A stretch of DNA of 64,000 bases, taken from positions 112,194 to 176,193 of the forward strand of contig JAYUEN010000332.1 in the NCBI GenBank assembly GCA_043739185.1, read 5' to 3'. This stretch comes from Bdellovibrionales bacterium (GTDB taxonomy: Bacteria; Bdellovibrionota; Bdellovibrionia; Bdellovibrionales; JAMPXM01). A program made the position numbers and the translations under genes. Within the stretch, counting starts at the first letter, position 1. Each line of letters starts with the position of its first letter. Positions 29,086-39,665 of this stretch are shown here, one piece after another. The notes under the pieces were generated by a model. It was not told the DNA's origin and did no database searches. It saw only the letters and a program-made list of their open reading frames with translations.

Positions 29086-30528
29086 TTAGGAATCTACAGG
29101 TTCAAGTTCCTCGAGTATGCGCTCAAGCTCCATGCCTCTAGATGCCTTAATCAAAACAACGTCATCCCTGTCTATCACAGGCTGTACGTCGAGCGCAAGA
29201 TTCTTTTTGTAAGTATTTGTAACTAAGAGGTTATTTTTAAATTTTGTGGTCTTTATTCCCTTTGAAAATTCAGCCTGTGAAGGCCCAACAAAGAAAACAA
29301 AATCAAAATCCTTTTCGCCAACCAAACTACCCAGTTCGCGGTGAACTTCGCCAGCAGCCTCTCCCATTTCTCGCATTTCACCCAAAAATACGATTTTGCG
29401 ACCGCGCACGCGAAGTTTTGAGAAGTTATCAATGGCAGCCTTCATACTTTCTGGATTTGCGTTATAAGCATCAAAGAGCACGAGAGCTCCGCTTTTCACC
29501 ATTCTCCACTGACTTCTCCCCCAGTAACTCTTGCACAAAGGGAGTGCCTGCCAAATTTCTTCAGGGCTCATACCCATACTCAAAGCAAAAGAAGAGGCCG
29601 CCATAAGATTGTAGATATTCTGTTCGCCAAAAACCGGAACTTCAATTTCACCCGTGACACCTTCAATTGAGCCCTTAATTTTCAGGGCCGCAATATCAAA
29701 TGACACAATTTCAAAATGCACATTGGGTTTATGTTCGTTCGCAAATGAATCGAGCTTGCCGGTGAAGAGAATGGGTTTCTGAAAATTCTTTTTGGCTGAG
29801 CGTGCGCTCATATAATTCAAATACATTTTTCGCGTATGCGCATTTTCAATATTAAAAATAGCGCGCACCCCAGGATCAGCAAAGCTATACATTTCTTCTT
29901 TTGCTTTTGCGACCTCTTCAATTGATCCAAGACCCTCTAAATGCCCACGCCCTACCATAGTAACCAAAACCACATCCGGATCACTCATCCCAACCAACTC
30001 ACTGATTTCGCCAGGATGATTCATGCCCATTTCGATAACGGCAACTTCATGATCAGGTGTTATCGAAAGTAAACTTAATGGGACTCCCCAATGATTATTG
30101 AAACTTCCTTGCGAAAACTGCGTCTTAAATTTTTGCGCCAAGATGGTGGCGGTGAATTCTTTGGTTGTGGTTTTTCCGTTGGTACCTGTGACCGCAAGAA
30201 TTTTAGCTTTCATTGAATGGCGCCAAAACAATGCGAGATTTTGCAGAGCTTTTAAAACATCGGTGACCTCAAGTATACTCACCGTTTTGAGTAAGGCCTT
30301 GGCGTTTTCTGGCAAATGCGAAACCACTAAAACGCCGGCTCCTTGAAGAGCGGCCTTTTCTAAAAAATCGTGAGCATCAAAATTCGCTCCTTTTAGAGCA
30401 AAGAAAACTTCTCCGCGCATAGACTTTCGAGTATCGGTGGCAATACCAGTGAATTTTCTTTTGTGTTCGGAGAGAATTTTTCCGTGGGTGGCAATTGCCA
30501 GTTCTTCTAATTTTAGTTCCCAGCTCAT
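29086..30528 (-). CDS. murF: UDP-MurNAc-tripeptide--D-Ala-D-Ala ligase
   Basis: TGTNGKTTTKE, FNNHWGVP, EMGMNHPGEI, DAYNANPES, KASRG. Confidence 0.96.
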   Translation of the reverse strand: MSWELKLEELAIATHGKILSEHKRKFTGIATDTRKSMRGEVFFALKGANFDAHDFLEKAALQGAGVLVVSHLPENAKALLKTVSILEVTDVLKALQNLALFWRHSMKAKILAVTGTNGKTTTKEFTATILAQKFKTQFSQGSFNNHWGVPLSLLSITPDHEVAVIEMGMNHPGEISELVGMSDPDVVLVTMVGRGHLEGLGSIEEVAKAKEEMYSFADPGVRAIFNIENAHTRKMYLNYMSARSAKKNFQKPILFTGKLDSFANEHKPNVHFEIVSFDIAALKIKGSIEGVTGEIEVPVFGEQNIYNLMAASSFALSMGMSPEEIWQALPLCKSYWGRSQWRMVKSGALVLFDAYNANPESMKAAIDNFSKLRVRGRKIVFLGEMREMGEAAGEVHRELGSLVGEKDFDFVFFVGPSQAEFSKGIKTTKFKNNLLVTNTYKKNLALDVQPVIDRDDVVLIKASRGMELERILEELEPVDS

Positions 30529-32003
30529 TTGAAATACTCCTTTACGACCTTGAAATCACTGAACTCAAGTTTTTGAGTGCCGATGATTTGATAGTCTTCA
30601 TGCCCTTTTCCGGCTACCAAAATGGCGTCTCCTTGCACAGCTTGATCTAAGGCTTTGAATATCGCACTTTTGCGATCAACCTCAATAATCAATTTTTCAC
30701 TTTCGCCTTGTTCTTCAACGATATCGGCAATTATTCTCAAAGGCTCTTCCGTACGCGGATTATCGCTAGTCACAATCACGAGATCTGCAAACTCTTGCGC
30801 AGCTTTTAACATCAATGGCCGCTTCCCTTTGTCGCGATCGCCACCGCATCCGAAGACACAAATCAATTTAGACTTCGGTGCTTTTTGCATTCGAATCTGG
30901 TGAAGATGTGAGAGCGAATTTCGAAGCGCATCGTCGGTGTGAGCATAATCTACAAAAATATGCAGGCCACTTTGATTTGGCACGGAATGCAAACGCCCAT
31001 TCACGCTTTCAAGTTTGCTTAAGCCCCGTGCGCAAGTCTCTAAAGTTGCACCTGCAGATAAGCCTACAGCAATGGCCGCACAAGCATTGTAAACATTGTG
31101 AAGGCCGGTCATCTTGATTTCAAAAATATGGCTACCGAAATTTGAATGAATCTCAAAGCGGCTTCCAGAATAATTCATTTCTAAAATTTCAAATGAAATT
31201 TGGGCATCTCGCTTGCCGTATGAAATCGCTTTGCCAGAAGTAAGTCCTAGCAATTTACTGCCATAGTCATCGTCGGTATTGATGATGGCATAATGATTTT
31301 TCTTTTTCGAATGCGGCAGAAGTTCGCAAAATAATTTGAGCTTTGCCTGAAAATAATTCTCCATATTTTGATGGTAGTCGAGGTGATCGCGAGTCAAATT
31401 TGTAAAGACTGCGACATCAAACTGCACTTGGTCTACGCGTGACTGCACGAGCGCATGACTTGAAACCTCTAAACAAACGGCCTGAGCACCCAAAGCTAAA
31501 AATTCAGAAAGCCTTCTTTGAAATGCAATCGGATCTGGAGTTGTCAGTTCACTCGCCCAAACTCTTTCTTGAAAATGGTGGTCAATGGTGCCGATCACAC
31601 CTGTCGGCCAGCCGTATTCATTTAGCACACGCTCAATCATATTGGTGGTCGTGGTTTTACCGTTGGTACCGGTTACGCCCACGACAAAAAGTTGCTCCGA
31701 TGGTGAACCATAAAAATGCGCAGCAATTTCATTCAAGGCTTTTCTTGTATCTGTGACTGTTGCCACGCCACCAGTAAAATCTTTCGGTATCTGGCTTGCG
31801 TCTTCAACTACTAAACCAGCGGCGCCGCGCTCACAGGCTTGCTGAAGATGCAGATGACCATCGACTTTCTCACCTCTGATCGCCACAAAAATCGAATCTT
31901 TTTCGACCAAACGAGAATCAAAACAGATTTGAGAAATCTCTTGCGTGGGAGAATCTCCCAATCTCAAACTTGAAAATATTGAAAAGACCTGCGCCAAGCG
32001 CAT
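30525..32003 (-). CDS. murE: UDP-MurNAc-dipeptide--diaminopimelate ligase
   Basis: TGTNGKTT, TNLTRDHLDYH, DYAHT, DNPR (mDAP-type), GKGHEDYQ; start at ATG 32003 after GAGGAG. Confidence 0.96.
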   Translation of the reverse strand: MRLAQVFSIFSSLRLGDSPTQEISQICFDSRLVEKDSIFVAIRGEKVDGHLHLQQACERGAAGLVVEDASQIPKDFTGGVATVTDTRKALNEIAAHFYGSPSEQLFVVGVTGTNGKTTTTNMIERVLNEYGWPTGVIGTIDHHFQERVWASELTTPDPIAFQRRLSEFLALGAQAVCLEVSSHALVQSRVDQVQFDVAVFTNLTRDHLDYHQNMENYFQAKLKLFCELLPHSKKKNHYAIINTDDDYGSKLLGLTSGKAISYGKRDAQISFEILEMNYSGSRFEIHSNFGSHIFEIKMTGLHNVYNACAAIAVGLSAGATLETCARGLSKLESVNGRLHSVPNQSGLHIFVDYAHTDDALRNSLSHLHQIRMQKAPKSKLICVFGCGGDRDKGKRPLMLKAAQEFADLVIVTSDNPRTEEPLRIIADIVEEQGESEKLIIEVDRKSAIFKALDQAVQGDAILVAGKGHEDYQIIGTQKLEFSDFKVVKEYFK

Positions 32004-32007
32004 GATT

Positions 32008-33957
32008 TTAGTTCTCCTCGCCGTGCGCGGCACCGGTCGCGGTCTCAGGGACGAAGTTAACCTCTAGTTTCTTTTCGCCCTCTGTCGGCCAAGCCGTACC
32101 TGCCGGCGGATTTGTATTCATAACAAAACCACTACCAGAAAGCTTAAGATCAATCTCGCTATTGGTAATTCGCGCAAGTACCTCACGTAAACTGAGACCT
32201 TTTAAATCAGGGACCAGTGACAAACCATCGCCTCTTAAGTCCTTAATGGGAGAAGCCAATTTTGCCGGCAAGGTAATTTTCTTTTCAGAGATAAATGTAC
32301 TCTCCGAAGCAAAGACCGGCGCCAAACCAAATTCGCGTACTGCAAATCTTGCGACCTTTGAAAATACAGGAGCTGCCACCTGCGCTCCATAATAATCCTT
32401 TTTAGGATTGTCGACGGCTATATAAATTACAAATTTGGGATCATTTGCTGGCAAAAATCCGGCGAAACTTGAAACATAGGCATTTTTTAAATAGCCTCGT
32501 CCCGAAGGGTTTACTTTTTGCGCGGTTCCGGTTTTTCCGGCAACTAAAAAGCCTGGGACGCGGGCATTGAATCCTGTCGCATCTTTACCGGTAGCTCCCA
32601 CCAACATCATTTTCATTTGATCAGCAACTTCTTGGGTAAGCACTCTTCTCAATGTTTTAGTTTGGGTTTCAGTACTCTCGCCGGTTTCGTTATCGTGAAT
32701 TTTTTTAACCAAATAGGGTCGCTTCAACCATCCGCCATTTGCAATCGCGGCATAAGCATTGGCAACTTGAATTGGAGTAACGCCGACTCCATGTCCAAAT
32801 GAAATATTAGCGGTTAAGTGATTGCGCCAAGGCAAGGGCTGTAAAATTCCCTTGGCTTCTCCTGGCAAATCAATATTTGTTTTGTCACCAAAGCCAAAGG
32901 CCGAGAGAAACTGGCGTAGATTCTCATCGCCAAAACTCAGGCCAATTTTGGCAGCACCGACATTCGAGGAGAGTGCTAGCACTTCGCTTAAACTCAATTT
33001 ATGAAATTCATGCTTGGCATCCGCCTCATGAACTATTTTGTCTCCGATTTTTAGCATTCCCCCTTCGCAATCAATTTGGGTTTCGGGAGTCATCATCTTT
33101 TTTTGAAGGGCGCCAGAAATCAGAATGCTCTTCATAACACTTCCGGGCTCAAACGAATCACTGATAGCGCGATTGCGCCTCATTGGAGATTCAGGAACGC
33201 TTGCGAGTGCCAATACTTCAGAGCTATTTGCATCGAGCACAACACCGACTGCCGTATCCGCTCTTTGTTCATTTAAAACGCTGGTCAATTCTTGTTCTAA
33301 AATAAACTGCAATTCACGATCAATAGTTAACTGCAAATCCGCCCCATCAGGGGCTTCATTAAAAATTTGGCCATTGACAACCAGTGGCCGCCCGCGCGCA
33401 TCCCGTTTCATACTCACGGTTTTATTTTGTCCTGACAAAACATCATTATAAAAAAGTTCAAGACCCTCGAGACCCTTGCCTTCAGAGCCCACCAGTCCGA
33501 GCCCCTGAGAGAACAGGCGATCATTTGGGTAAATGCGATTGGACTCTTCTATAAAACCCAAGCCTTTAATTTTAAAAGCATCAATATGATCGCGCTTTTC
33601 ACGATCTAACTTTCTCGCAAGCCAAACAAAGCGACTTTTGTTGCGAAGCTTTTCAAGTACTTGCTTTTTAGTAAAGCCAAATTCTTTTTGCAGGAGACGT
33701 GATACTTGCCTCCGATTATCAATCACTCTGGGATCTGCAAATAAAGAATACGCAGGTGCAGAAACCGCCAACTCATGACCCTTACGATCGGTGATATCGC
33801 CTCGGCGCCCGTGCAATTCGATTAAAGTTTCAAATTGTTTTTTCTGAAGATTTTTAAGCCGTTCATTGTGCCAAATTTGCAAACTGGCAGCGCGCCCTAA
33901 GATAAAAAAGGCAAAAAAGCTCAGCGCAATAAAAATAAATGTGATTCGACTCTTCAT
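32008..33957 (-). CDS. ftsI: Class B PBP FtsI (PBP3) with C-terminal PASTA-like segment
   Basis: RGDITDRKG, EPGSVMK (SxxK), SSN, KTGTAQ, VPDLKGLS. Confidence 0.94.
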   Translation of the reverse strand: MKSRITFIFIALSFFAFFILGRAASLQIWHNERLKNLQKKQFETLIELHGRRGDITDRKGHELAVSAPAYSLFADPRVIDNRRQVSRLLQKEFGFTKKQVLEKLRNKSRFVWLARKLDREKRDHIDAFKIKGLGFIEESNRIYPNDRLFSQGLGLVGSEGKGLEGLELFYNDVLSGQNKTVSMKRDARGRPLVVNGQIFNEAPDGADLQLTIDRELQFILEQELTSVLNEQRADTAVGVVLDANSSEVLALASVPESPMRRNRAISDSFEPGSVMKSILISGALQKKMMTPETQIDCEGGMLKIGDKIVHEADAKHEFHKLSLSEVLALSSNVGAAKIGLSFGDENLRQFLSAFGFGDKTNIDLPGEAKGILQPLPWRNHLTANISFGHGVGVTPIQVANAYAAIANGGWLKRPYLVKKIHDNETGESTETQTKTLRRVLTQEVADQMKMMLVGATGKDATGFNARVPGFLVAGKTGTAQKVNPSGRGYLKNAYVSSFAGFLPANDPKFVIYIAVDNPKKDYYGAQVAAPVFSKVARFAVREFGLAPVFASESTFISEKKITLPAKLASPIKDLRGDGLSLVPDLKGLSLREVLARITNSEIDLKLSGSGFVMNTNPPAGTAWPTEGEKKLEVNFVPETATGAAHGEEN

Positions 33958-34277
33958 TGTTTTACGAAATGCCCTAAATCGGACATTTGAATTATTTGTC
34001 CCGATTCAGCTTTTCTCAAGGTCAGTCTACTTTCTGCAAGTTTTTGCACGCGGTCCGGACGAGTCACTTTGGCTAAGGCAATCATCTGCCCCCGACTCTG
34101 ATCACGAGTGCGTTTTTCGTCCCGAGATAATTTCAAGTCGGCATATCCAATCCTGCGAATTTCCATTTTGAGAAAAACCATACTAAATAAAAATGTTATG
34201 ATTATGAAAATACTGAGATAGGGTTTGAATTCTTCAATATTCTGTCGCCTCATCTGAATCGCCTGTTGAAACCTCAT
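33954..34277 (-). CDS. ftsL: Cell division protein FtsL-like
   Basis: Single TM plus coiled coil, between rsmH and ftsI; AAGGA before ATG 34277. Confidence 0.75.
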   Translation of the reverse strand: MRFQQAIQMRRQNIEEFKPYLSIFIIITFLFSMVFLKMEIRRIGYADLKLSRDEKRTRDQSRGQMIALAKVTRPDRVQKLAESRLTLRKAESGQIIQMSDLGHFVKQ

Positions 34278-35205
34278 CTGGTGTCCTTTCAAAAACTCGC
34301 AGCTTCGCACTTCGCGATCTTGAGTTTTCTTTTTGCTCATCTCGAGTTGCGGTGATGACCTTCTTATTTACTAGTCTACCTAATTTTTTCTCTTCTTTGA
34401 AAAGATTCTTTACAATTCTGTCTTCAAGCGAATGAAAACTCAGTACCGCCAAAAGTCCATGTGGCTGCAAGGCCGCCATCAATTTTGGCAAGGCCTCTTT
34501 CAATCCCAAAAGCTCATTGTTGACGGCAAGCCTCAGGCCCATAAAGTACTGAGTCGCAGGATGTATGCCTTTCTTATGCCAGCCATCTACCCTTTCAATG
34601 AGCGATGCCAGCTCGCGGGTGGTTTTAAATCTCTTGGCTTTTCGATCATGTAAAATTGCACGCATCACTCGGTTGGGTCTGCGAACTTCTCCCAGCTGTA
34701 CAAAAACTTTAAACAGGTCTTCTTCATCCCAATCATTTACAATCTCTTCAGCGGCAAGCTCTTGACTTTGATCCATTCGCATATCGAGCGGGCCATCGAG
34801 ATAAAAGCTAAATCCTCGATCGGCTTCATCTAATTGCGGAGAGCTCACACCCAAATCAAGTAAAATCAAATCATACTTGTCAGGCCAATTGGCGGCCGCT
34901 CGAGCCACGCTAAAATTGGCATAATTCGAATGGGCGATATGCAATCTGCCATTTGCAATTTCATCGACAAATTTCACTTGGGCATAGCGAATAGCTTCTT
35001 GATCGCAGTCCATTGCATAAGCCTTAAGATCTGCAAATTGGTCTAAAACGGCTCGCAAATGGCCTCCACGCCCAAAAGTTCCGTCCAAATAAGTCAAAGC
35101 TTGCGCTTTCGACTGTTTAAAATTCAGTATAATTTCATCTAATAGGACAGGTTTGTGAAGTACGCCAGAAGTCGTATCAGGCGTTCTAGAGGTGAAAGGT
35201 TTCAT
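34234..35205 (-). CDS. rsmH: 16S rRNA C1402 N4-methyltransferase (MraW)
   Basis: HKPVLL, DGTFGRGGH, DLGVSSPQLD, GPLDMRMD, SFHSLEDR, RSRSAKLR. Confidence 0.97.
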   Translation of the reverse strand: MKPFTSRTPDTTSGVLHKPVLLDEIILNFKQSKAQALTYLDGTFGRGGHLRAVLDQFADLKAYAMDCDQEAIRYAQVKFVDEIANGRLHIAHSNYANFSVARAAANWPDKYDLILLDLGVSSPQLDEADRGFSFYLDGPLDMRMDQSQELAAEEIVNDWDEEDLFKVFVQLGEVRRPNRVMRAILHDRKAKRFKTTRELASLIERVDGWHKKGIHPATQYFMGLRLAVNNELLGLKEALPKLMAALQPHGLLAVLSFHSLEDRIVKNLFKEEKKLGRLVNKKVITATRDEQKENSRSRSAKLRVFERTPDEVSTGDSDEATEY

Positions 35206-35406
35206 GGAGCCTCAGCATAAGAAAAGCTTTGATTTATCGTCACGGACTAAATAAGCCCAAAGTCTTGATTACTTAGTAAATTATTACACGATGTCGTCGT
35301 GCATGTCCTTTTTTTGGTGCATCTAAGGCGTGACGTGTTAGAATTGAGTATAGCAATAGCAAGTCTTTTTTAGACATTTGAAAAAATTTTGAGGTTGTAA
35401 GCAAAA

Positions 35407-36420
35407 ATGGTCAATTGTCCGAAATGTAATTTTACTCAACCCAAGGATCAATTCTGCGCAAATTGTGGGATCGATATGGGAACCTATCGTCCCGTTCAAG
35501 CACCCTTGGCTTCTCGGCTCCTCAAAAATTGGATTTTTCAGTTCAGCCTGTTTGTTTTTGCCGTGGTAGTTGGTGTCGGTTTGATTCGCGCTAAAAATAA
35601 AGCACCTTTATCTGATAGTATTGCAGCAATCGAGCAGGCCACCTCTAATCAAAAGAATTTTGTTTCAAAAAAACCCATCGATAAAAAATTCGCACAAATT
35701 TCAAGCGCAAGTTCAATTAAACCTGCGGCAGAAAACTCGCCCTATGCAAAGCCTGATAACGTAATGCCAAGCCCTGAAAATTCTGGTGCTCAGCCCGTCG
35801 GGTCTGGTCAACAGAGTGCAGCCTCAAAAGCAATTGATGGCTCTGGCGATAGTGCAAACCCAATGGTTACAAAGTTAAAATTAGTTTTTGCTGAACTCAA
35901 TCGCGGAACTTTCGCCGCGCTCATGGGCGACTCAAGAAATATCGCAAGTTTTGGAGTTTACTTTGCCGGCTTATTGCCCGAGCAAAGCGACAAATCAAAG
36001 TCCGAATTTGCTGGAGTCAGTATTTTAGATAGTGCGAGCGATTTACAAATTAAACTGAACCAACCCATTGTTGTTTTTAAAGGCTCAAGAGATCCTCAAA
36101 CTGAGCAAAATATGGGGCTAACTACTCAAATCACTCCAACCTTTATTGACGAACAAGGCGCCCATCTTCAGATCGATATCAAAAGAAGCTTGCGCTCACC
36201 GACAGGAACAGCTGGTCCAATGCTTGAAGAGAATTTTCAAGAACAGATGATTCTAAAAAAAGGATCTAGGGGCTATATCAGTGGTCTGCTTCCTCATCGC
36301 GTACTTGGTTACGAAGAAGCCAGAGTTTTAAGCGCAAATCCAACAATCTTAAAAGTCCTAGCTTCAGGTGACTTTCAAAGTAGCAATTCTGAGTTTGTCG
36401 TTTTTATCGAAGCCAAATAG
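35407..36420 (+). CDS. Hypothetical membrane-anchored protein with N-terminal zinc ribbon
   Basis: CPKC-x10-CANC, one TM, low-complexity linker, globular C-terminus. Confidence 0.7.
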   Translation: MVNCPKCNFTQPKDQFCANCGIDMGTYRPVQAPLASRLLKNWIFQFSLFVFAVVVGVGLIRAKNKAPLSDSIAAIEQATSNQKNFVSKKPIDKKFAQISSASSIKPAAENSPYAKPDNVMPSPENSGAQPVGSGQQSAASKAIDGSGDSANPMVTKLKLVFAELNRGTFAALMGDSRNIASFGVYFAGLLPEQSDKSKSEFAGVSILDSASDLQIKLNQPIVVFKGSRDPQTEQNMGLTTQITPTFIDEQGAHLQIDIKRSLRSPTGTAGPMLEENFQEQMILKKGSRGYISGLLPHRVLGYEEARVLSANPTILKVLASGDFQSSNSEFVVFIEAK

Positions 36421-36560
36421 TGCCACCTAAGATTTCATAATTCACCGCATTACATTTCTCAACCTTGACCCTTCTTTTGGCCTTAAGTAAAGCTGTGTAA
36501 AAGAGTATTTAGTCTCGCGGGGGGCCTTGAAACTATTGCTCATAGCTGAGGGGTGAAATC

Positions 36561-37244
36561 ATGAAGGAAGAAAATTTAAATATGTCACATTCGAAATCTG
36601 GTTCAATTGAAGTTATTGTTGGAAGTATGTTTAGCGGGAAAACCGAAGAGCTCATTCGTCTCTTAAAAAGAGCCCAGCTCGCGCGCCAAAATGTTCAAGT
36701 TTTTAAACCCAAAATCGACGATCGCTATAGTGCCGACCAAGTGGCTAGCCATAATCGCACTTTGTTTAACTCAACCGTGATCACGCGTGCGGCTGAAATT
36801 TTTCAATATATTCGGCCTGATACCCATGTTATTGGGATCGACGAAGGACAGTTTTTTGATCAAGAGTTGGTAGATGTCGCCAATCAATTGGCCGAACGCG
36901 GTCTTCGCGTAATTGTTGCGGGTCTCGATTTGAATTATAAGGGTGAGCCCTTTCATCCTATGCCAGAGCTTATGGCCATTGCCGAAAATGTTCAAAAGCT
37001 CAGAGCTGTTTGCGTTGTTTGCGGATGTTTAGCCTCTCGAACTCAACGAGTAATTGAAAATGAATCCGCAATTTTAGTTGGAGACGATAAATCTTACGAA
37101 GCACGTTGTCGAAGTTGTTTTACGCTCGACCTAGAACAATTTAACCATGAAACTCATGAGCACGAAAGTTTTGAAGAAGAAATGCTTGCTGGGGAACTGC
37201 AAGCTTTCACAATCAACTCAAACAATGCGAGATTGGATTCATAA
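36561..37244 (+). CDS. tdk: Thymidine kinase
   Basis: GSMFSGKTEEL, IDEGQFF, VAGLD, CVVC...YEARCRSC. Confidence 0.96.
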   Translation: MKEENLNMSHSKSGSIEVIVGSMFSGKTEELIRLLKRAQLARQNVQVFKPKIDDRYSADQVASHNRTLFNSTVITRAAEIFQYIRPDTHVIGIDEGQFFDQELVDVANQLAERGLRVIVAGLDLNYKGEPFHPMPELMAIAENVQKLRAVCVVCGCLASRTQRVIENESAILVGDDKSYEARCRSCFTLDLEQFNHETHEHESFEEEMLAGELQAFTINSNNARLDS

Positions 37245-37778
37245 ATGCTAGCACCCTTGAAGCTATCAAAATATATCGATGAGAAAAAAATTGCTGAGCG
37301 TGTTTCGGAATTGGCAAAAGAGATTACTAAAATTGCCTCAAAAGAACAACTCATCTGCGTTTGTGTTTTGAAAGGTTCATTTGTGTTTTATGCAGACCTT
37401 ATCCGCGCTATTCAAGCCGATGTGGTTTGTGATTTCCTGGGAGTATCAAGCTATAACGGTGGAATGCAGTCATCAGGCGAAGTGAAATTGACTCTTGATT
37501 TGACCACTTCAATTGAAGGCAAGAATGTTCTCATTATTGAGGACATCGTTGATACCGGTCTGACTATGGAGTATCTAAAGAAAACTTTGCTGCTCAGAAA
37601 ACCAAAGTCTTTAAAAACAGCCGCACTTTTATTGAAGCCTGATTCTTTGAAAATCGACATCAAGGTCGATTACGTAGGCTTTAAAATTCAAAATGATTTT
37701 GTGGTTGGATACGGACTCGATTACCAAGGCTACTATCGTAATCTGCCCTATATTGCTCAAGTCAGTAATATGAACTAA
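37245..37778 (+). CDS. hpt: Hypoxanthine phosphoribosyltransferase
   Basis: VLKGS, VSSY, IIEDIVDTGLT, FVVGYGLDY. Confidence 0.96.
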   Translation: MLAPLKLSKYIDEKKIAERVSELAKEITKIASKEQLICVCVLKGSFVFYADLIRAIQADVVCDFLGVSSYNGGMQSSGEVKLTLDLTTSIEGKNVLIIEDIVDTGLTMEYLKKTLLLRKPKSLKTAALLLKPDSLKIDIKVDYVGFKIQNDFVVGYGLDYQGYYRNLPYIAQVSNMN

Positions 37779-37787
37779 GGCACCTCC

Positions 37788-39665
37788 TCATTTTTGAGGA
37801 AGTTTAATTTTCATTCCTGGCATAAGCTTCGCTTCGGCCATTTCAGGATTTGCTTCTAACAATTTTGAAACTCTAAAATGCAATCGTTTTGCGATGCGGG
37901 TGAAATTGTCACCTCTTCGAACCTTGTACTCCGTAGGCTGTGCTTCATTCGAAAGAGTTTGCGCACTTATTGCCCCATCTTCAGAGTCTGGAGCCTGCGT
38001 TGCTGAGCTTGAAATAGCTACTTTAGCATCTGCTTGTGAAACTGGCGGCACAGGTATTTGCGATAAAAAGATAGGGGCAGCCGACGACTTAATTTCCGTG
38101 ATCGAAGATGCTGATGGTGTGGCTGCAATGGCAATTGGAGCCGTGGGCACTGGCGTTGCTGCTGCCTCGACAATCGCATTCTTCTTCTCTCCTTCTACCT
38201 CCGCTGGTGGCGGTGGAGCTTGTATAGGAGTTGCCACTACCGGCGGCAATGTTTTGATTTGATTTGCTGCGACCGATGAAATTGGAGTACTTGAAGAATT
38301 TGCCGACCCATCAATTGGCATATTTTTGGCGAGCTCTGCCAATTGTTTTGTGAGCTCATTTGAAGACAAATTTTCATTCAAATATTTTTTCATCACTTCA
38401 CTACGCGTTTTCGGTATATGCACATAACTACCAACCGGAATGGGAGTACTTCCTTTGCGAACCGGATTCTGAAACTGCGGATTGAGCAATAAGGTTCGGT
38501 CTAAATCTGCATCAAAGAACAATTTGAGCATTGCAAAGGGCAAGGCTCGCGTGAGTTTGACTTCTTCATTCTCGAGCTCACGGGACCATTTGATATTGGT
38601 GAAGAATTGGTTTGCATGACTTTCGACATATAAAGCGGCCAAAAATGATGCGTAAAAATTTTCAGAAGCAAAACCAAAGCGGTTCGAGGAATAGATGCTA
38701 ACAATTTTACTGAGATCATCTGTCCCTAATTTTTTAACAATTTTCTTAACGCCGTTTGGACCGTGATTCCACCCCGTAATTGCGAGCGGCCAATTCCCTA
38801 AGAATTGATAGTTTTGCCTAAGCATTCGAGCCGCCGAACGAGCTGCCCGCAAAGGATCATTGCGTTCATCGACCGAGGCATTCACTTTCATATAGAGCTT
38901 AGCGGTTCGTCGCATGAACTGCCATACTCCGCTCGCGCCAACCTTTGATCTCGCAAAAATATTAAATGAACTTTCAACAAATGGGAGCCTGGTTAGTTCG
39001 ATCGGTAGACCTTCTTCGCGAAAGATATGCTCCATTTGCTTAAGATACCGGCCAGAATAAAAAATACCTTGTAAAAAACGATCACTTTGCCCAAGTTGAA
39101 ATCGTATACGGCTTTGGTTGGCGGCATCTACAAAGCGATTCTTATCATGAAGGCGTAAAAACATATTCCAGTAGCGAAGATCTTCTCCGGTGAGACCTTC
39201 GCCGTTTGCGAGCTTCGACAATTTGACCAGTCGGTCTTGAATTGTATGTCGCTTATCTTTGATTAGTTTTTCAATTGCCTTCTTTTGCATGCGCGGAGTT
39301 TTGCTTTTATCTGCACGAATATCTTGAAAATCAACTTGATCATAAACAATATCGACATAATACAAATCGTGCAGCACGCCCTGACTGGTATTGTATTTTG
39401 CATAGATATCCGTCCAAAAATTTACGCGCGCTTGCATTGACGTGGGCGGAACAAATACATCGACTTTCCAACCCAATGCATTTTTTTGCTCTGAATAATT
39501 CGGTGGCTGCCAAGGAATTGTTTGATTCGGAATTTTTGGAGTAAAATCTTCAGGGGCATCGGTAAACTCATTTTGATCGTTGGTCTCTTCAGGACTTAAA
39601 GTCTGCGCATGCAAAACGCCAGAAAGCAGAATCAAAGTGAATAGGAGATTAGAGAAAAACTTCAT
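37788..39665 (-). CDS. Lytic transglycosylase (SLT, MltD-like) with Pro/Ala/Ser/Thr linker and C-terminal LysM
   Basis: LPFVESSFN, GASGVWQFM, WPLAITGWNHG; LysM YKVRRGDNF..IA. Confidence 0.88.
   Translation of the reverse strand: MKFFSNLLFTLILLSGVLHAQTLSPEETNDQNEFTDAPEDFTPKIPNQTIPWQPPNYSEQKNALGWKVDVFVPPTSMQARVNFWTDIYAKYNTSQGVLHDLYYVDIVYDQVDFQDIRADKSKTPRMQKKAIEKLIKDKRHTIQDRLVKLSKLANGEGLTGEDLRYWNMFLRLHDKNRFVDAANQSRIRFQLGQSDRFLQGIFYSGRYLKQMEHIFREEGLPIELTRLPFVESSFNIFARSKVGASGVWQFMRRTAKLYMKVNASVDERNDPLRAARSAARMLRQNYQFLGNWPLAITGWNHGPNGVKKIVKKLGTDDLSKIVSIYSSNRFGFASENFYASFLAALYVESHANQFFTNIKWSRELENEEVKLTRALPFAMLKLFFDADLDRTLLLNPQFQNPVRKGSTPIPVGSYVHIPKTRSEVMKKYLNENLSSNELTKQLAELAKNMPIDGSANSSSTPISSVAANQIKTLPPVVATPIQAPPPPAEVEGEKKNAIVEAAATPVPTAPIAIAATPSASSITEIKSSAAPIFLSQIPVPPVSQADAKVAISSSATQAPDSEDGAISAQTLSNEAQPTEYKVRRGDNFTRIAKRLHFRVSKLLEANPEMAEAKLMPGMKIKLPQK

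Noticed and set aside
36505..36560. GC-rich tdk leader containing gctgag
   Set aside because: No complete riboswitch consensus or convincing stems
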